DNA of 64,000 bases from Callorhinchus milii (GCF_018977255.1 NW_024704742.1:135968001-136032000); one strand, 5' to 3'. Counted from the stretch's first letter, positions 23,568 through 37,504 are shown. Notes: generated from the letters alone by a model not told the origin. Program-made: numbers and translations.

Positions 23568-24559
23568 CTCTGCCTTGTCATAGATTCTTTCAGGTGAAGA
23601 AGACCCTTCGGTCCCTCTGATCTCATGTCTCCAGAACTCCCATTGGTAGTCCTCCCACCTGCCCTTGACATTATCTTTACTACTCTATGTCACTCCCTAC
23701 TTCTGTGACCTGCTAACTCCATACCAGCCTGTTCGCTCCCTCCACTCGGCAGACTCTGGGCTGCTCCAGGTCCCCCGGCGTACCCACCCCACAATCGGTA
23801 GTTGGTTCTTCACCCTTTGGAACTTCATCCCACGGTCCCTTTGCCTCTCCCCCTCCCTCAAGGCCAGTCTCTAGATCCTCCTCCTTGACCGCGTCTTTGG
23901 TCACCCTCCTACCCATACCCATGCTCAATAAAATCCGTAAATAAACAAGCTAAACTGTAGGTCGATATTGTCCGTCAGAGTTCAAACTAAATAAAAAATA
24001 GACGATAAAAGTTTAAGTATAAAAGACTTAAGGGTTTGAAAAAGATTGCTCGTCACATGTGATGTAAAATGTTTGTAAAAATAAATCCTTACCTGTGATA
24101 TGGGGCCACATAATGTCATCAAGACGTCTCAAAGCACTTCACTAGGTATGCTGTAAAGTGCAGTGACTGTATATTTGTAGGTAAACATGGCAGCCAATTT
24201 GCACACAGAAGGTCTCAGAAATAGCCATGAAGTTGAATGACTGACTTTATTAGGGAAGGGATTGAACTTGTCAAGAGGGAAGCTGACAGAGATCTAGGAG
24301 TGTAAGTAGACTCATCGCTCACTCTATCAAAACAGTGCGAGGCAGCAATAAACAAAGGGATACTGGGCAATAATGCCAAATCAATTGAGCTCAGATTCTC
24401 ATAAGTCACACTCAAGCAGTTATAATGCTCTGGTCAGGCCTCACTAGGAGTATTTATTACAGTTTTGGTCGCCTCGACAGATATGATCAGAGGTCACAGG
24501 TTTGGAAGTGTAAGGACAGCCACCAGAAGTATTTCTTTGCCAGAAGGTAATATAACAAA

Positions 24560-24870
24560 AATAATAATCCCTGGCATTTGATATAGCGCCTTATCAGTTC
24601 GTTGAAATGGCTCAAAGCGCTTCACAAAATACACTATAAAGTGAATTGACTGCGGATATTGTGGGCGAAACGCGGGAGCCATTTGCGCACAGCCACCATG
24701 GACAAAGAGTCGTGACCAAGTTATTATTAATTTTAAAAAAATTGTAAGGGATTATTACCCCCACAAAGCAATCTGCCAATCAACTAACAATTGGGTTCCT
24801 ACTTACGGCTAGGTAAATAGTGGCGTGTGGAGTAAAGAAACTTGCCTAAGGTTTTTGCCCCACTGGGGTC
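24560..24870 (-). mobile_element. tRNA-headed SINE (head truncated)
   Basis: Reverse tail, core and body; adjoins a CR1 fragment at ~24260-24530. Confidence 0.82.
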
Positions 24871-25507
24871 CACTTGACCTCATATACCTAGGAAATCTTT
24901 TAAGAAGTAAAAGACGGTTAAGAAAGAGCCAACGAGATAAAGACAGGAAGTACACAAAGACGCTTGGAGAAACACAATGTGTGTGTGGTTATGGTTAATG
25001 GATTGAAGTGCTCAGAAATAAGGAAATTTACAAACACACCCGGGCTTTGGATTGAGAATGATTGGTACACGCACTCACTGCTCCAAGTGCGGCTGGAAAC
25101 ATCGCCTTAAACAACACGTCTCTGAGCACTACAAAGCGTGACTGAAATAACACTTCGCATCACACTGCAAACCCGTGTAATCCATTCCAGCCGTTTCAAA
25201 ATAAAATTGAAATACACATTTCAAAGAGTTAGTGCGGTAAACTGCAAGCAACATCTGTCGCTGGTTTTATTACAGGTCCTTTCAATTCCTGGCCCTCTGG
25301 GTGCTTTTCCCTAGATTATAAAAGGCAGAGCCGTGGAGATTTACATTTTAATTGAAAAAGGAGGCAAAAAAGGAACATTTACTGCTGCACAATACACTAC
25401 CGTGTGAGGGAGCCAGGCCTAATCCAGACCAGACCCAGGCTGAAGCCAAGCTGGGAACTGAAGGTAATTTGGCTGCGTAATAATAATATTAATAATAATA
25501 ATAACAT

Positions 25508-25830
25508 GTGGCGGCCTGTAGCGTATTGGTTAGAGCACTCGCTTCACCAGCGAGAGGACCCCGGTTCGATTCCCGGGCGGGGCAAAACCTTAGGCAAATT
25601 TCCTTGCTCCACACGCAGTAAGTAAACCCGGTGGTTTGTCCATTTCCAGGGGTAAAAACCCCTTAATAAAAATACAGTAATAATTTGGTCACTCAATCCA
25701 CGACTGTTTGTGGGACTCTGCTGTGCACAATCAGCTGCTGTGTTTCGCCCACAAAAATATAGTCAATTCACATTACTGTGAAGCGCTTTGAGACGTCTCA
25801 ACAATGCTACATCAAGTGCAAGAACTATCA
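25508..25830 (+). mobile_element. tRNA-headed SINE
   Basis: CCTGTAGCGTATTGGTTAGAGC head, GGTTCGATTCCC B-box. Confidence 0.88.
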
Positions 25831-25977
25831 CTGATATAATCGTTGCATTTGACATGGCAACTTTCATGTCGGGAAGACAATCAAAGTGCTTCACAGTCAT
25901 TATTGTGAAGTGCAGGGATCGTGAATTTTGTATTTGGACGTAGCAACAAATTTGTACACAGCGACGTCAACAAACGT

Positions 25978-26307
25978 GGAGTCCTGTAGCTCAGTGGTTA
26001 GAGCACTCGCTTTGCAAGTGAAAGACCTGAGTTCAATTCCCGGCAGAGGGCGAAACCTTGGGCAAGTTTCCTTACTCCACACAGAGCCTAATAATAATCC
26101 CTCCAAAACCAAAAACAATAATAAATTGGTCATTTTCAATCTACGACTGTTTGTGGGACATTGCTGTGCGTAATTGGCTGCCGCGTTCGCCCACAAATAT
26201 ACAGTCAATTCACTTTAAAGTTTGTTCTGTGAAGCGCTTTGGGACGTCCTCCAGACGTGTAAAGCGCTATATCAAATGCAAGGATTATTATTATTATTAT
26301 TATTATA
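25978..26307 (+). mobile_element. Young short-type SINE nested in an older antisense SINE
   Basis: Near-identical to 20617-20937; host sequence resumes as AAACAGCCATGAAG after the (TTA)n tail. Confidence 0.93.
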
Positions 26308-27049
26308 AACAGCCATGAAGTGAGTGACCAATTTCAGGTTAAAAAAATTTCTTTTCAAACAGTGCCAATGGGATCTTTAACATCCACCTGAACAGGCGGT
26401 TTAACGTCTGATCTGAAGAATGGCCATACCAAACGATGGGAGCGTTTCCCCCAGCATTGCGCTGGTTCATAAGCCGAGACAGCGCGGAAGATGACGAGAG
26501 AGCAATGACATGTAAGGAAACATCTGACAAAGTCAGCACTCGTTGTGCTGACTGTGATTATGGCAATATGGGGAGGGGGAGTATTCCTTATACAGCAGTC
26601 AAGTGGGAACACGCAGACAGTTATAAGCAATGAATTACGAAGAAGAGTAATTTGATTTGTTCCCAACGAGCAGTGGGAGTCTCCGCTGTGCAATAACAAG
26701 CTTTGTTTCCTTTGTTTTACAGAAGCCGATAGATTTCACCAACTCCCGGTCCATCTAAGGATCTGAGGAGACAAGTGTGCTCTTTGCTCTCACAAGCTGC
26801 TTTGCGAAGCTAATGAACAACAAGATTCAATGCGCTCCATATTGTAGAATAATAATAATAAACCTTGAATGTGATACAGCGCCTTATCGGGTCATTGAAA
26901 TGTCTCAAAGCGCTTCACAGAATATACTGTCAATTGAATTGACCGTGGATTTTGGGGGCAAACACATGATAGTCAATGGAGTTCTGAGGAAACCTGGTCC
27001 TTACATTACGGTGAATGTAACAGAGGGGTATAGCATAGGGGAATAGGTT

Positions 27050-27398
27050 AGAAAGAATGTACAGCACAGAAACAGGGCACTTGGCCCAAACAGCCTATGT
27101 AATTATACTCCACTATACTTGTCATACCAGTTATACTAGTCTTCACACATTCCTCGGTCCTTCCCACACCCTTCCATTCCTCTTTCCCTCATCTACACTA
27201 TCTGATTCAACCACCGCTTCAGGCAGCGAGTTCCACAATCTCACTACCCCAATCTCACTACTCTTGCCATGAAGTAGTTCCTCCTAATTTTGCCTTTCAA
27301 TTCCCCCAGTCGCTATCTTATATTTGTGTCCCCTGGTTACGGACTCCCCAACCAGCGGAAACAGGCTATTTATGTTAACGTTATCAAACCACTTTATA
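27050..27398 (-). mobile_element. CR1-type LINE 3' fragment
   Basis: ACAGCACAGAAACAGGGCACTTGGCCCA reverse tail; GGCAGCGAGTTCCACA (WNSLP) and CCCCTGGTT (TRG) motifs in reverse. Confidence 0.7.
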
Positions 27399-29157
27399 AC
27401 AGCAACAACAGCTTGCATTCATAGAGAATCTTTCTTGTTGGGAAGACGTCTCAAGGCGCTGGGCAGTGAAGAGTTTGTGTCCGAGCTGGGGGTTGCGATC
27501 AGTAGAGGTGGAGGGTAAAGGAGGACGTGGGTGGGAGGATGACCGAAATCACGGTCAAAGAGGACAGTCTTGAGATGGCCCTTGAAGGAGGCAAAGGAGG
27601 GTGAGAGGCAGAGGAGGCTCTGGAATGGATTTCATTGCCGGCAGAGCAGAGAGGTCGAGAGGAGCAAGTCTATGGTCAAGAAACCAGGAGAAACTCCCTT
27701 CTCTTTCGAGGGACAACAGGCCAAGCCAGGCTGACACTTGTTTTAAAAGGAAAACTTTAAAAGGAAAAGTTTTCAACGTCCAGTTCCGAGGAATAATAAT
27801 AAAAATAAAAAAAAACGAACCGGAAAAAAAAAATCTCAGAGGAATTAAAAGGGATGAAATTGCCTCTGCACGCCTTAGGCTCCTCGCTGCCTAACCTGTT
27901 TAATTGTGATCACAGTCGGAGCCAAGCGATTATTGTAGATGGAAAGAGCAAAACTTTGAAAATGTCATGGAAATACAAGCGAGAGAATTGCGTTTAATGC
28001 ATTTCAACGAGAAGTTACTGGGCTGTTGTGGCCAGGAGGAAATGCCATCTCCTCACTCTACTCCAGAGTAGATCAATGGTTCTCATTTACATTAGGCTGC
28101 CTGATAGCGTCACACACTGTGCCTGGCTGCATGCCAATCAGTGCTCAACGTGATGGCCTCCAACACTAATGGGTTATATAATTATGTGATAATCCAGCAT
28201 TTGATATCCCGCCTTATCACCTCACTGAGATGCCTCAAAGCGCTTCACAGGATTTAGTGTAAAGTGGATTGACTACGTATTTTGTGATAATTAATTATTT
28301 GGGGAGGATGATTCTATGATTATGGGCGAAACGCGGCAGCCCATAGCAGTCAATTGAGTGACCAATTTTTTTGTGAGGGATCATTACCCCCAGAAAGCGA
28401 TTCCCCAAGCGAACTAACTACTAGGTTCCTACTTACCACTAAGTAAACACAGGTGGGTGGAGTAAGGAAACTTTGAGGGATTATTGCCCACAAAAAACAA
28501 TCCACCAATAAAGGGAGTTCACCATTAAAGGGAGTTCTCTGATCTTCCCACCACAGTTCCTCTCTATCAGGTAGACACAGAGAAAATGGAGAGGGCTGGA
28601 AGGAAAAAGTGAGAGAAGGAGGAAGTGAGAGAAAGAGAGAGAAAATGGAAGACCCGGAGGAAGAAAAAAGAGAATGAGGAAAGAGGAAGGAAGGAAGAAA
28701 TGGCGCCATGTTGCTAATGCACAGAAGCATGGAAACACAGGAAAGACATGTATAATATTTATTGCTGACCTTGGCCACTTTTCTTAGGACTCTGTGTGCA
28801 CCCAACACACACACACATACATACATACACACTGACTGAGGCAGTGAATAACCTGCATGTCTCTGGCAAGGATGATCGGACCAGTGACGTCTGCCTACTG
28901 GACCACTCGAATTAAGGGAGTTGTCAATCATTGTCTGGCCAGTGGCTGTCTTCGAGTAGCTTAAGGCTTCCCCTTCACTCTGCCCCGAGCGGAACCAATG
29001 TGCAATAAACATGGTTTTCTCTCAATTTCAATTGCTCACCAACCCATTCATCATAGGAGCAGGAGGAGGCCATTCAGCCCAATTAATTTCTCAGTGTGAG
29101 CACTCGGTCAAAGGCCCGGGCCTAATCTACATTGCCCATCATGGGCAAACAGGAACA

Positions 29158-29530
29158 TGGAGTCCTACAGCAGCGTTGTGGTTAGAGCACTCACCTCGCA
29201 AGCAGGAGGACCCGGGTTCGATTCCCGGGCAGGGCGAAACCTAAAGCAAGTTTCCTTACTCCACACGCCTTTGTTTACCTAGCAGTAAGTAGGAATCTGG
29301 TTGTCAGTCCATTGGCGGATTGCTTTCCGGGGATAATAATCGCTTTAAAAAAATTAAATAATAACAATTTGGTCACTCCATCCCAAACTGTTTGTGGGAC
29401 AGTATTGTGCGCAATTGACTGCTGAGTTTCAACCATAAAATATACAGTCAATTGATTTACAGTATATTCTGCGAAGCGCTTTGAGACGCCTCAAAGGTGC
29501 TATACCAAATGTAAGGATTATTATTATTAA
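29158..29530 (+). mobile_element. Full-length tRNA-headed SINE
   Basis: Head, B-box, core, tail. Confidence 0.9.
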
Positions 29531-30599
29531 CGTAGGAACATAGACACCCTCTGTCCACAGAAATGTTGATACATTGTGAAGAAATACTCTGGGACACTAC
29601 CCTTCGTGAGGGGCGCTATATAAATGCAAGTTGTTGTTGAGTATGGAAACATCAGAACAATGTAACACAGAACCTTGGGAACACAGGGATTGGGAATTAG
29701 GCAACATTATAATCTGGGAACCTGGCACCGTGTGAACCAAACAGGAATAAAGTAAAGAGGAAATGCGTACTCCATTACCGACACAGAGAAATTTCCACGC
29801 ACTCAAGAGTCTGGATCGGAGACTCTTAAACACGGCACGGTGATGGATTTCAGCGCGTGTCAGACAGCCAACCCACCCTCCCACCCCAGATAAAGGAATG
29901 GACAAGTCAGGGCTTAATCAATGTCAACTGGGCAGCAACTGAGTGTTGGATCGCAGGGGAGTGGGAATATAGAAACATATTCTATTTACTTCTGATCTCA
30001 CTCCCTTTACTGAGGACTCTGTACACACACATACACATATGCACCACATATTGACTGAAGCAGCGGATTGAGTTCAAGATCCCCATGCTCACTTTTCAAG
30101 CCCTCCAGGGGTCTCACCCTCATCCTACCTCTAAGACCTCCTCAAACCCTACTGACCCAGTCGCTCCCTTCACTCATCGGCCTGCTTCAAGTCCACATCA
30201 GCATACGGGCAGCTATTCTGCCCTACTCTCTGCCATTCCATCCCAAAGTCCCTCCGACTTGCTTCTTCACCTCTTTAAAGGCAGATCGCGAAACATACCT
30301 CTGACCTCACTTTTGGTCCTCATCCCCCTCCGCACTCTGTCAGTTCCCACCCCCATCTTAGATGCAGAGCTAGCACTGCGAAGTGCTTTGAGACGTCCTC
30401 CAGACACAGTAGATAGATGCAATTTTTTTCCCCTTCTTTTTTGGTCAGCCGGGTGCCTGACACATGGGGAAACCCATCATCCTGCTTAACAGTATCCAAC
30501 CAAGCTGAGGATTCCATGCATCCCACCTACAGGTGGAAATTACACGGCTAGTTCCAGGACTCTGGATTATTCCCAGTGCCTCATGCAATTGTGTATCAA

Positions 30600-31692
30600 A
30601 ACAGCAGGTTCAAACACATGAATGCATGGCGGAGAAATGGTGCAGAATGGAGGGCTTTCAGGTTCCTAGAACATTGGGAGCAGTTCTGGGGCAAGTTGGA
30701 CCTGTAGAAGGCGGCTGGGTTAAACCCGAACAGGGCTGGGACCAATGTCCTTGAGGGAAGTTAACTAGTGCTGTGGGGAAGGGTTTAAACTAATTTCGAG
30801 GGGGGAAGAGAATCAGGATGTAGAATTAGGGAGGGGAATCAAGCTACATAGAAGGCTGGGAGAGAAGAACAGCAATGTAATAAGGAGTAGTGTTCAATGT
30901 GGAGAAATATGAAGTCATGCATTTTGGGAGGAAGAATGAGAAGAGGTAATATAAGCGAGAGTGAAGGAACAGAGAGACCTGGGGTTCATATAAGAAAAGC
31001 TTTGAAGGTGGCTGGACAGGTAGATAAAGTTGTTAAAAAGGCAATAGGGATATTAGGCTTTATAAATACAGCCATAGAATACAAAAGTCAGGAAATTATG
31101 ATAAACCTTTATAAAACACTGTTTTTTTAACTAAAACTAAAACTAATTAATAATTAATAATAATAATAAAACTAAAAAGCTAAAACACTCAGCTAGAGAT
31201 GTCTAGTCATTGGAGAGGGTGCAAAGGAGATTTACCAGGATGGTACCAGGAATAAGGGACTTCAGTTATGAGGAGAGGCGAGAGACGCTGGAATTATTCT
31301 CCTTGGAGCAGAGAAGGTTAAGAGGAAACTTATCAAAAATGTTCAAAATTATGATGGGATTTGATAAGGTGAATAAAGAGAAACTATTTCCACTGACAGG
31401 AGGGTTGGTAACCCGAGGACACCAATTTAAAATAATTGTTAAAAGAAACAGAGGGGAGGTGAGGAGAAATGTTTTCACGCAGCGAGTTGTTCGGATCTGG
31501 AATGCATTGCCTGAAAGGCTGGTGGAAGCCGATTCGGTAACAGCTTTTATTTGGGGAGGAAAAATTTGCAGGGCTTTGGGGAGAGAGCGGGGGAGTGGGA
31601 TTGAATTTGTTAGCTCTTTTAAAAGAGCCGACACAGACACAATGGGCCGAATGGCCTCCTTCTGTGCTGTATAATTCTACGATTCTATGACT
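30600..31692 (+). mobile_element. CR1 LINE remnant: ORF1-like end joined to ORF2 C-terminus and 3' tail
   Basis: ERVQRRFTRMVPG..FSYEER..LFSLEQRRLRG..TRGHQFK..FTQRVVRIWNALP; ATTCTACGATTCTATGA tail; EKWCRMEGF-like ORF1 esterase segment at ~30620-30790. Confidence 0.9.
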
Positions 31693-32594
31693 CTAAATAG
31701 ATGTAAAGTGTATTGGAATTCTATTAAAATTGTATTAAAATGACCAAGTTCACGAGCTCTGAAACGCGAGCAGAGAACCCAGGAGCGATTGGGAATCTGT
31801 CAGAAGTGCTGAGCATCCACACTGTGTTTCTTGGCAAGGCGACAATGCCATCTTGAATATTAACAAGGAAAATGAAGGGCCAGCTGCCAGCCAAGAGAGA
31901 TATTTGCCTTGCAAGCCACCTAATGGCTCTTGACAACGGATACAACCATAAAACCGCAGAGATTCTTTTTAATTTCAAGCTGTAAATTTTCCTTTTTCTA
32001 AAAAGATACGTTAACGCTTCATAAATCAGTCGAGGGGTGAAAAGAGCCAGGTTTAACAAATTGTTCTGACAACTATCGGACATGCTGTCAAATCAAATAA
32101 TCTAATACTAATAATGCTTGCATTCGCAAGAGCGCCTATTATTTCAAAGCACTGCACTTCACAAAGTTTTCATTAAAGTGTAGTGTATTTTGTAGGCGAG
32201 CGTGGCAGCTAATTTGTGCACAGCAATGTCCCACAGACAGCCCATCATGTGAAAGACCAATTTTTTTACAATTTGGGGAATTGTCGGGAGAAACTCCCTT
32301 CTCTTTTCGAATAACATGGCAGGATTTTCAATCTCCACCTGAACAGGCGGAGTTTAACTGCTCATACAAGGGATAGCATCTCTGAAATGCACACTCCTCC
32401 GAGCACTGCAATGGTTTGTCAATGCAGTTCTTTACACCAACTCGCATTTAACAGTGCTCCAAGAATATCAGCGCTTTATAAATATAAGTTGTTGTTAATT
32501 ATGTTACTTCCTGGTACCTTGCCTGAAATTGCCCTGTGCAACCCTGAACCTGTCTCCTCTTGTCATGCTGGCTCAGTACAGCTGAAAATTATGA

Positions 32595-32920
32595 TTATTA
32601 ATAATAATAATCCTTACTTTTGATATAGCTCCATATCATGTCATGGAGACGTCTCAAAGCGCTTCACGGAATACATTGGAAAGGATATTTTGTTGGCGAA
32701 ACGCAACAGCCAATTGCGCACAGCAGTGTCCCACAAACAGTCATCAATTGAGGACCAAATTTTTGTTAAAACATCTTTGAGGAATTATTAGCCCCAGAAA
32801 GCAAACCACCAATCGACTAATAACTGGGTAAAGAGAGGAGTTGTGGTGTAAGGAAACTTGCCTAAGGTTTCCCCTGGGAACTCGGATCTCTCGAGCACGC
32901 TAACCACTGAGCTAAATCCA
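32595..32920 (-). mobile_element. tRNA-headed SINE
   Basis: Reverse tail and core, degraded head. Confidence 0.85.
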
Positions 32921-33763
32921 CTATTATTCTAGGTTGAGTTACTCAATCGCATCTAGAATCTAACACTCCATTACAAAGTCCTCTTCAAGATGTTTCTATT
33001 CAAGGGTGAAGAGACCTGGCTTAATCGAGTTCTTTTCCATGGCTCGTGGCCACATGAGGTCTTTCCCAGATAAGCAGAAGCAGTTCGATTTCCAGAGCCC
33101 CTCAGAAGAACAAACTACAATCTTCTGTAGTTCCCCCAAGTGGGTTTTTAAAGACAAACACATGTAAACGTGCGCACACAGACACAATCAATAACTCCTC
33201 CAGATCCAGCTGCAGGCAGGAATTGTCCTATAAACAGCACGGCAAATCTAGGCTGAGCGAGGCGGCTCTGATTTACAGGCACTGAGGGATAGGTATTCTG
33301 ATTATCTCAGGTCACGTTGACAAGCTGTCAAGGTCCTCAGCTACTGAGGGAAGCGAAACGGTGACGCACAAGTCTGAGGTGGAAGGATTAAGGGGTTCAC
33401 CGTGTCACGCCGCTTGGACAAAGTCTTTTGCTGTTTGACAGCTGCCTTGACTGGAATGGTGGGGCCTGTGAGAGTGTGTATAAGTGGAGGATTGTGTTAC
33501 TAGACTGACACTACAAAGCACCACCACCGCAACAACAAATTGCCTTTCACATCGAAAGGGACGTCTCAAGGCACTGGACAATGAGGGGTTTGCACCCGAG
33601 CTGGGGGTTGGGATCAGAGAGGGGTGGAGGTCAAGGGACGTGGAGGAGGGAAGAGGACCGAAAGTACGGTCGAAAAGACAGGTTTTGAGGCCTGCCTTGA
33701 TGGAGGTAAGGGAGGGGACAAGGTGGAGGAGCTCCAGGATGGAGTTCCAGAGGGTGAGGGCAG

Positions 33764-34254
33764 AACAACAACAACAAGATTGCATTTATAGAACGCCTTT
33801 GACATCGGGAGGACGTCCCAAGGTGCTGGACAGTTGGGTCGGGACCCGAGCAGGGGGGAAATGGTCAGGGTGAGGGGAGGGAAGGGAGGGAGCGAGGAGG
33901 GGATAGAGAGTCGAGAGGGGAGCTGAAGGCACGGTTGAAGAGGTCTTGAGACCAGCCTTGAAGGAGGAAAGGGAGGAAGCAAGGTGAAGGCACTGGGGGA
34001 TGGAGTTCGAGAGCCTAGGGGCTGAGAGGCTGAAGGCCCGGCCACCGATGGTAGGGCGGTTGGGGCGGGGGATATGGAGCAGACCGGAGCCAGAGGAACG
34101 GAGGGTACGGGCAGGTAAGTAGGGGGACAGTAGGTCGGAGAGGTAGGAGGGAGCGAGGCCGTGAATGGCCTTGTAGGTGAGGATGAGGAATTCTATCCTC
34201 TGGGGGATGGGGAGCCAGTGGAGGCGAGTGAGGGTGGGAGTGATGTGGTCGCGG
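33764..34254 (-). mobile_element. Young L2 3' fragment, inserted next to an older L2 tail (33520-33763)
   Basis: RDHITPTLTRLHWLPIPQRIEF..TYKAIHGLAPSYLSDLLSPYLPARTLRSSGSGLLHIPRP; (TTG)n tail. Confidence 0.93.
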
Positions 34255-34897
34255 AAAGGCTGAAGGACAGACCATGGATAGGGGGGCTGGAGACATGGAG
34301 CAGGCAAGGATGGTGAAGTTTTAATAGGTCGCAGAGGTAAAAGAGGAGCAAGGTTCAAATCCTGCCATGACAATTGACAATTTCTCTGTCAAGACATCGT
34401 CTGTCTTGATTCAGGATACAGGCGGCCATCTATTGCTGTGAGGAGGAGATGCTGTTTGGGGCTGGGCCACTTCAGAGGGTGTTAACCGTCAATGTGAGGT
34501 CAAAAATCTCAAGGTCTTTTCAATGCTCTTTTTGATCACCTCCCCACCACACCAAACGTCCTAAGATCTCCTTACCCTTAGATCAGCTGTGAAATGTTTT
34601 AAGACGACCTTCCGGCATAAAGGGGCTGTGTAAATGTAAATCGCTCTTACATGTAAGCTTTTTTTGCCCCCCTACCCTACCCGCTCTCACATCCTCCTGA
34701 CGTCCTCGATGCTCTAGGTAAAGAAATACTACCTGTTGTCTGTCCTGTAATTGCCCCTCACAACACTTGAACCTGTTGTATCTGTTGTATTGGCTTTACT
34801 TCAATCCCAAAACTATTTAGAATCTTGTACGCCTCCGTAAACCTGTCCCCTGAGACGTCCCTTTTCAAGGCTATCTTGTCTAATGGTTGCTCCAAAC

Positions 34898-35885
34898 TAA
34901 CAACAAAATTACATTTGTAAAGGGCCTTTCACATCCGGAGGTTGTCCCAAGGCGCTGAACAATCGGGGATCAGGACCCGAGTGTGGGAGGGGGGCAGGGT
35001 TGAGATGAGGGAGGGTAGAGAGAGTAGGAGGGCGGCCGAAGGCACTGTTAAAAAGGAGGGTCTTGAGTCGTGCCTTGAAGGAGGCAAGAGAGGAAGCAAG
35101 GTGAAGGGATTGCGCGATGGAATTCCAGAGAGTGGGGGCAGAGAGGCTGAAAGCCCAGCCACCAATGGTAGGGCGGGTCGGGTAGGAGACCTGAAGCAGG
35201 CCGTAGCCTGCTGAATGGAGGAAGCGGACAGGTTGATAGAGGGTCAACAGGTCAGAGACGTAGGAGGGAGGGGGCAAGGCCTTGGAGGGCCTTGAAAGTG
35301 AGGATGAGGATTTTGAATTCTATCCTCTGAGAGATGGGGAGCCCGTGGAGCCGGATGAGGGTGGGGGTGATGAGCCCGCAGAGCCTGGTTTATAGAGCCT
35401 CAGAGTTCTGAATGATCTACAGCTTGTAGAGAAAAGATTTGGGAAGACTGACAAGGAGGGAGTTACCGTAGTCAAGTCTTGAGGTGACGAATGCGTGTAT
35501 GAGGGTTTCAGCATCGTGAGGGGTGAGGCAGTGGCGGAGTCGGGCAATGTTATGGAGCTGACATAAGGCAGAGCGGGTCATGGCATGGATATGGGGGAGA
35601 AAGGACAGTTGAGGGTCGAACAAGATGCTCAGGTTCCTGACCGACTGTTCCTGGTGAGGTGGAGTGTGCAACCGTGGACGCTGATGCTGCCAGTGCCTGA
35701 GGTGCGGAGGCGCTGGCGCGAGCCAATCAGGACGGTCTCGGTCTTGCTGACATTCAGCTGTAGAAAGTTGACTCTCATCCAGGACTTGATGTCAGACAGA
35801 CAGTCTGTCAGACAGCAGTTGTCCTGGAATTGAGGGTAGAGGCAGTGGGATGAAGTAATCCACGTACATGTGGAAGTTGACCCCA
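34898..35885 (-). mobile_element. Older L2 3' ~1 kb
   Basis: CLSDIKSWMRVNFLQLNVSKTE and AETLIHAFVTSRLDYGNSLL, with frameshifts. Confidence 0.92.
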
Positions 35886-35887
35886 TG

Positions 35888-36630
35888 TCAGCTCAACGTG
35901 CGCAAAACTGAGGCCCTCCTGATTGGCTCGCGACAGCGCCTCCGCACCTCAGGCGCTGACAGCATCAGCATCCAAGGCTGCACTCTCCACCTCTCAAAGC
36001 CAGTCAGGAACCTCTGGTCCACGCCTTTATCACCTCAAGGCTGGACTATGGAAACTTTCTCCTCGCCGGCCTTCCCGGCACCTCCCTCCACACTGCAGGT
36101 CATTCAGAACTCTGCAGCTCGTGTACTGTCCCGCACCAGGCTTCGCGACCACATTACTCCCACCCTCGCTCGCCTCCACTGGCTCCCCATCCCCCAGAGG
36201 ATCGAATTCAAGATCCTCATCCTCACCTACAAGGCCATTCACGGCCTTGCTCCCTCCTACCTCTCCGACCTACTATCCCCCTACCTACCTGCCCGTACCC
36301 TCCGTTCCTCTGGCTCTGGTCTGCTCCACATCCCCCGCCCCAACCACCCTACCATCGGTGGTCGGGCCTTCAGCCTCTCAGCCCCGAGGCTCTGGAACTC
36401 TATCCCCCAGTGCCTTTGCCGCTTCCTCCCTTTCCTCATTCAAGGCCGGTCTCAAGACCTTTCTCTTTGACAGTGCCTTCAGCTCCCCTCTCGCTCCCTC
36501 CCTTCCCTCCCCTCACCCTGACAATTTCCCCCCTGCTCGGGTCCTGACCCAACTGTCCAGTGCCTTGGGACGTCCTCCCGACGTGTACAAGGCGCTCTAT
36601 AAATGGAATCTTGTTGTTGTTGTTGTTGTT
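35888..36630 (+). mobile_element. Young L2 3' fragment
   Basis: QLNVRKTEALLIGS...LQVIQNSAARVLSRTRLRDHITPTLARLHWLPIPQRIEFKILILTYKAIHGLAPSYL; long pure (TTG)n tail. Confidence 0.94.
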
Positions 36631-37129
36631 GCGGTGAGAGGAGAGGCGGTGGAGGAGGATGGAGTGGTTGAGGAGGAGGAGGAGGCAGAGGGAGCCCTGG
36701 TTACAGATGGACAATGTAGTTTGGCACTTTGACCAGACAGTTTCCAGAGCTGTGAGCAGTCTGGAAACCCGATTGGAGGGGCTCATGAAAGGAGCAGAGC
36801 AGTCGAGGAATGAGCGAAGCTAAGGGTTGCAATCCCAGGATTTGGTAGCACGATTACCATAAGGGAGAGTGGTCCAACTGGCCTGCGGGCTGAGATGCCC
36901 CCCTCCCCACACCTCCTCCATTTCATCTGGCCCGCCCACTGCCCCATAACCCGTAAATGTTATGCTATGTGTCTGGAAGGGAAACACGAAAATAATTGCT
37001 CGTACAGCACATGGACATTTCTCAAATAGGGCATCCAGCCCTCAACAGCCAAAAGGTTGGACCACTCTAAGTTAAGGGATGTCACCAAACTAGTGAGCCT
37101 GGATACTATCAGGTGTTTTGTGGACTTAC

Positions 37130-37266
37130 CCATCACAGTGAGCTCCGCCGAGGCACTGATGGTCTCGTTCCTGTAGCTAGTGGCACATGTGTACAAGCCA
37201 GCGTCTATCTCAGTCACGCCTCTGATCAGCAGGTTACTGCCAGCCAGCAGTGAGTGCTTCCTCGAC
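37130..37266 (-). CDS. DCC: DCC internal coding exon (equivalent to exon 5), C-half of Ig3
   Basis: (R)SRKHSLLAGSNLLIRGVTEIDAGLYTCATSYRNETISASAELTVM(V). TTTCAG acceptor, GTAAGT donor, 137 nt, phase 2-1. Confidence 0.93.
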
Positions 37267-37504
37267 CTGAAATATAAGCAATCGATCCAATGGTTGGTTG
37301 GTTGCTGGTTGGTTGGGACTGGTTTTCAGCACTGGGGAGGGAGGGGAAATGGTGACTGCATTTTGTGCAAGGTGTGTGCAAACCATGTGCAAAAGATGTC
37401 TTTGCCGCCTGCAAACTGCTTTTAAGCAGAGAGTGCGAGCCACATATCCTCTGTGCGTAAACCTACCCAAGTACAAATGCAACACCAAACATGAAGGTTT
37501 CAAT

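Noticed and set aside
34898..36630. Twin-priming inversion of a single L2
   Set aside because: The two head-to-head pieces overlap in L2 coordinates, each has its own tail, and they differ substantially, so they are independent insertions of different ages.
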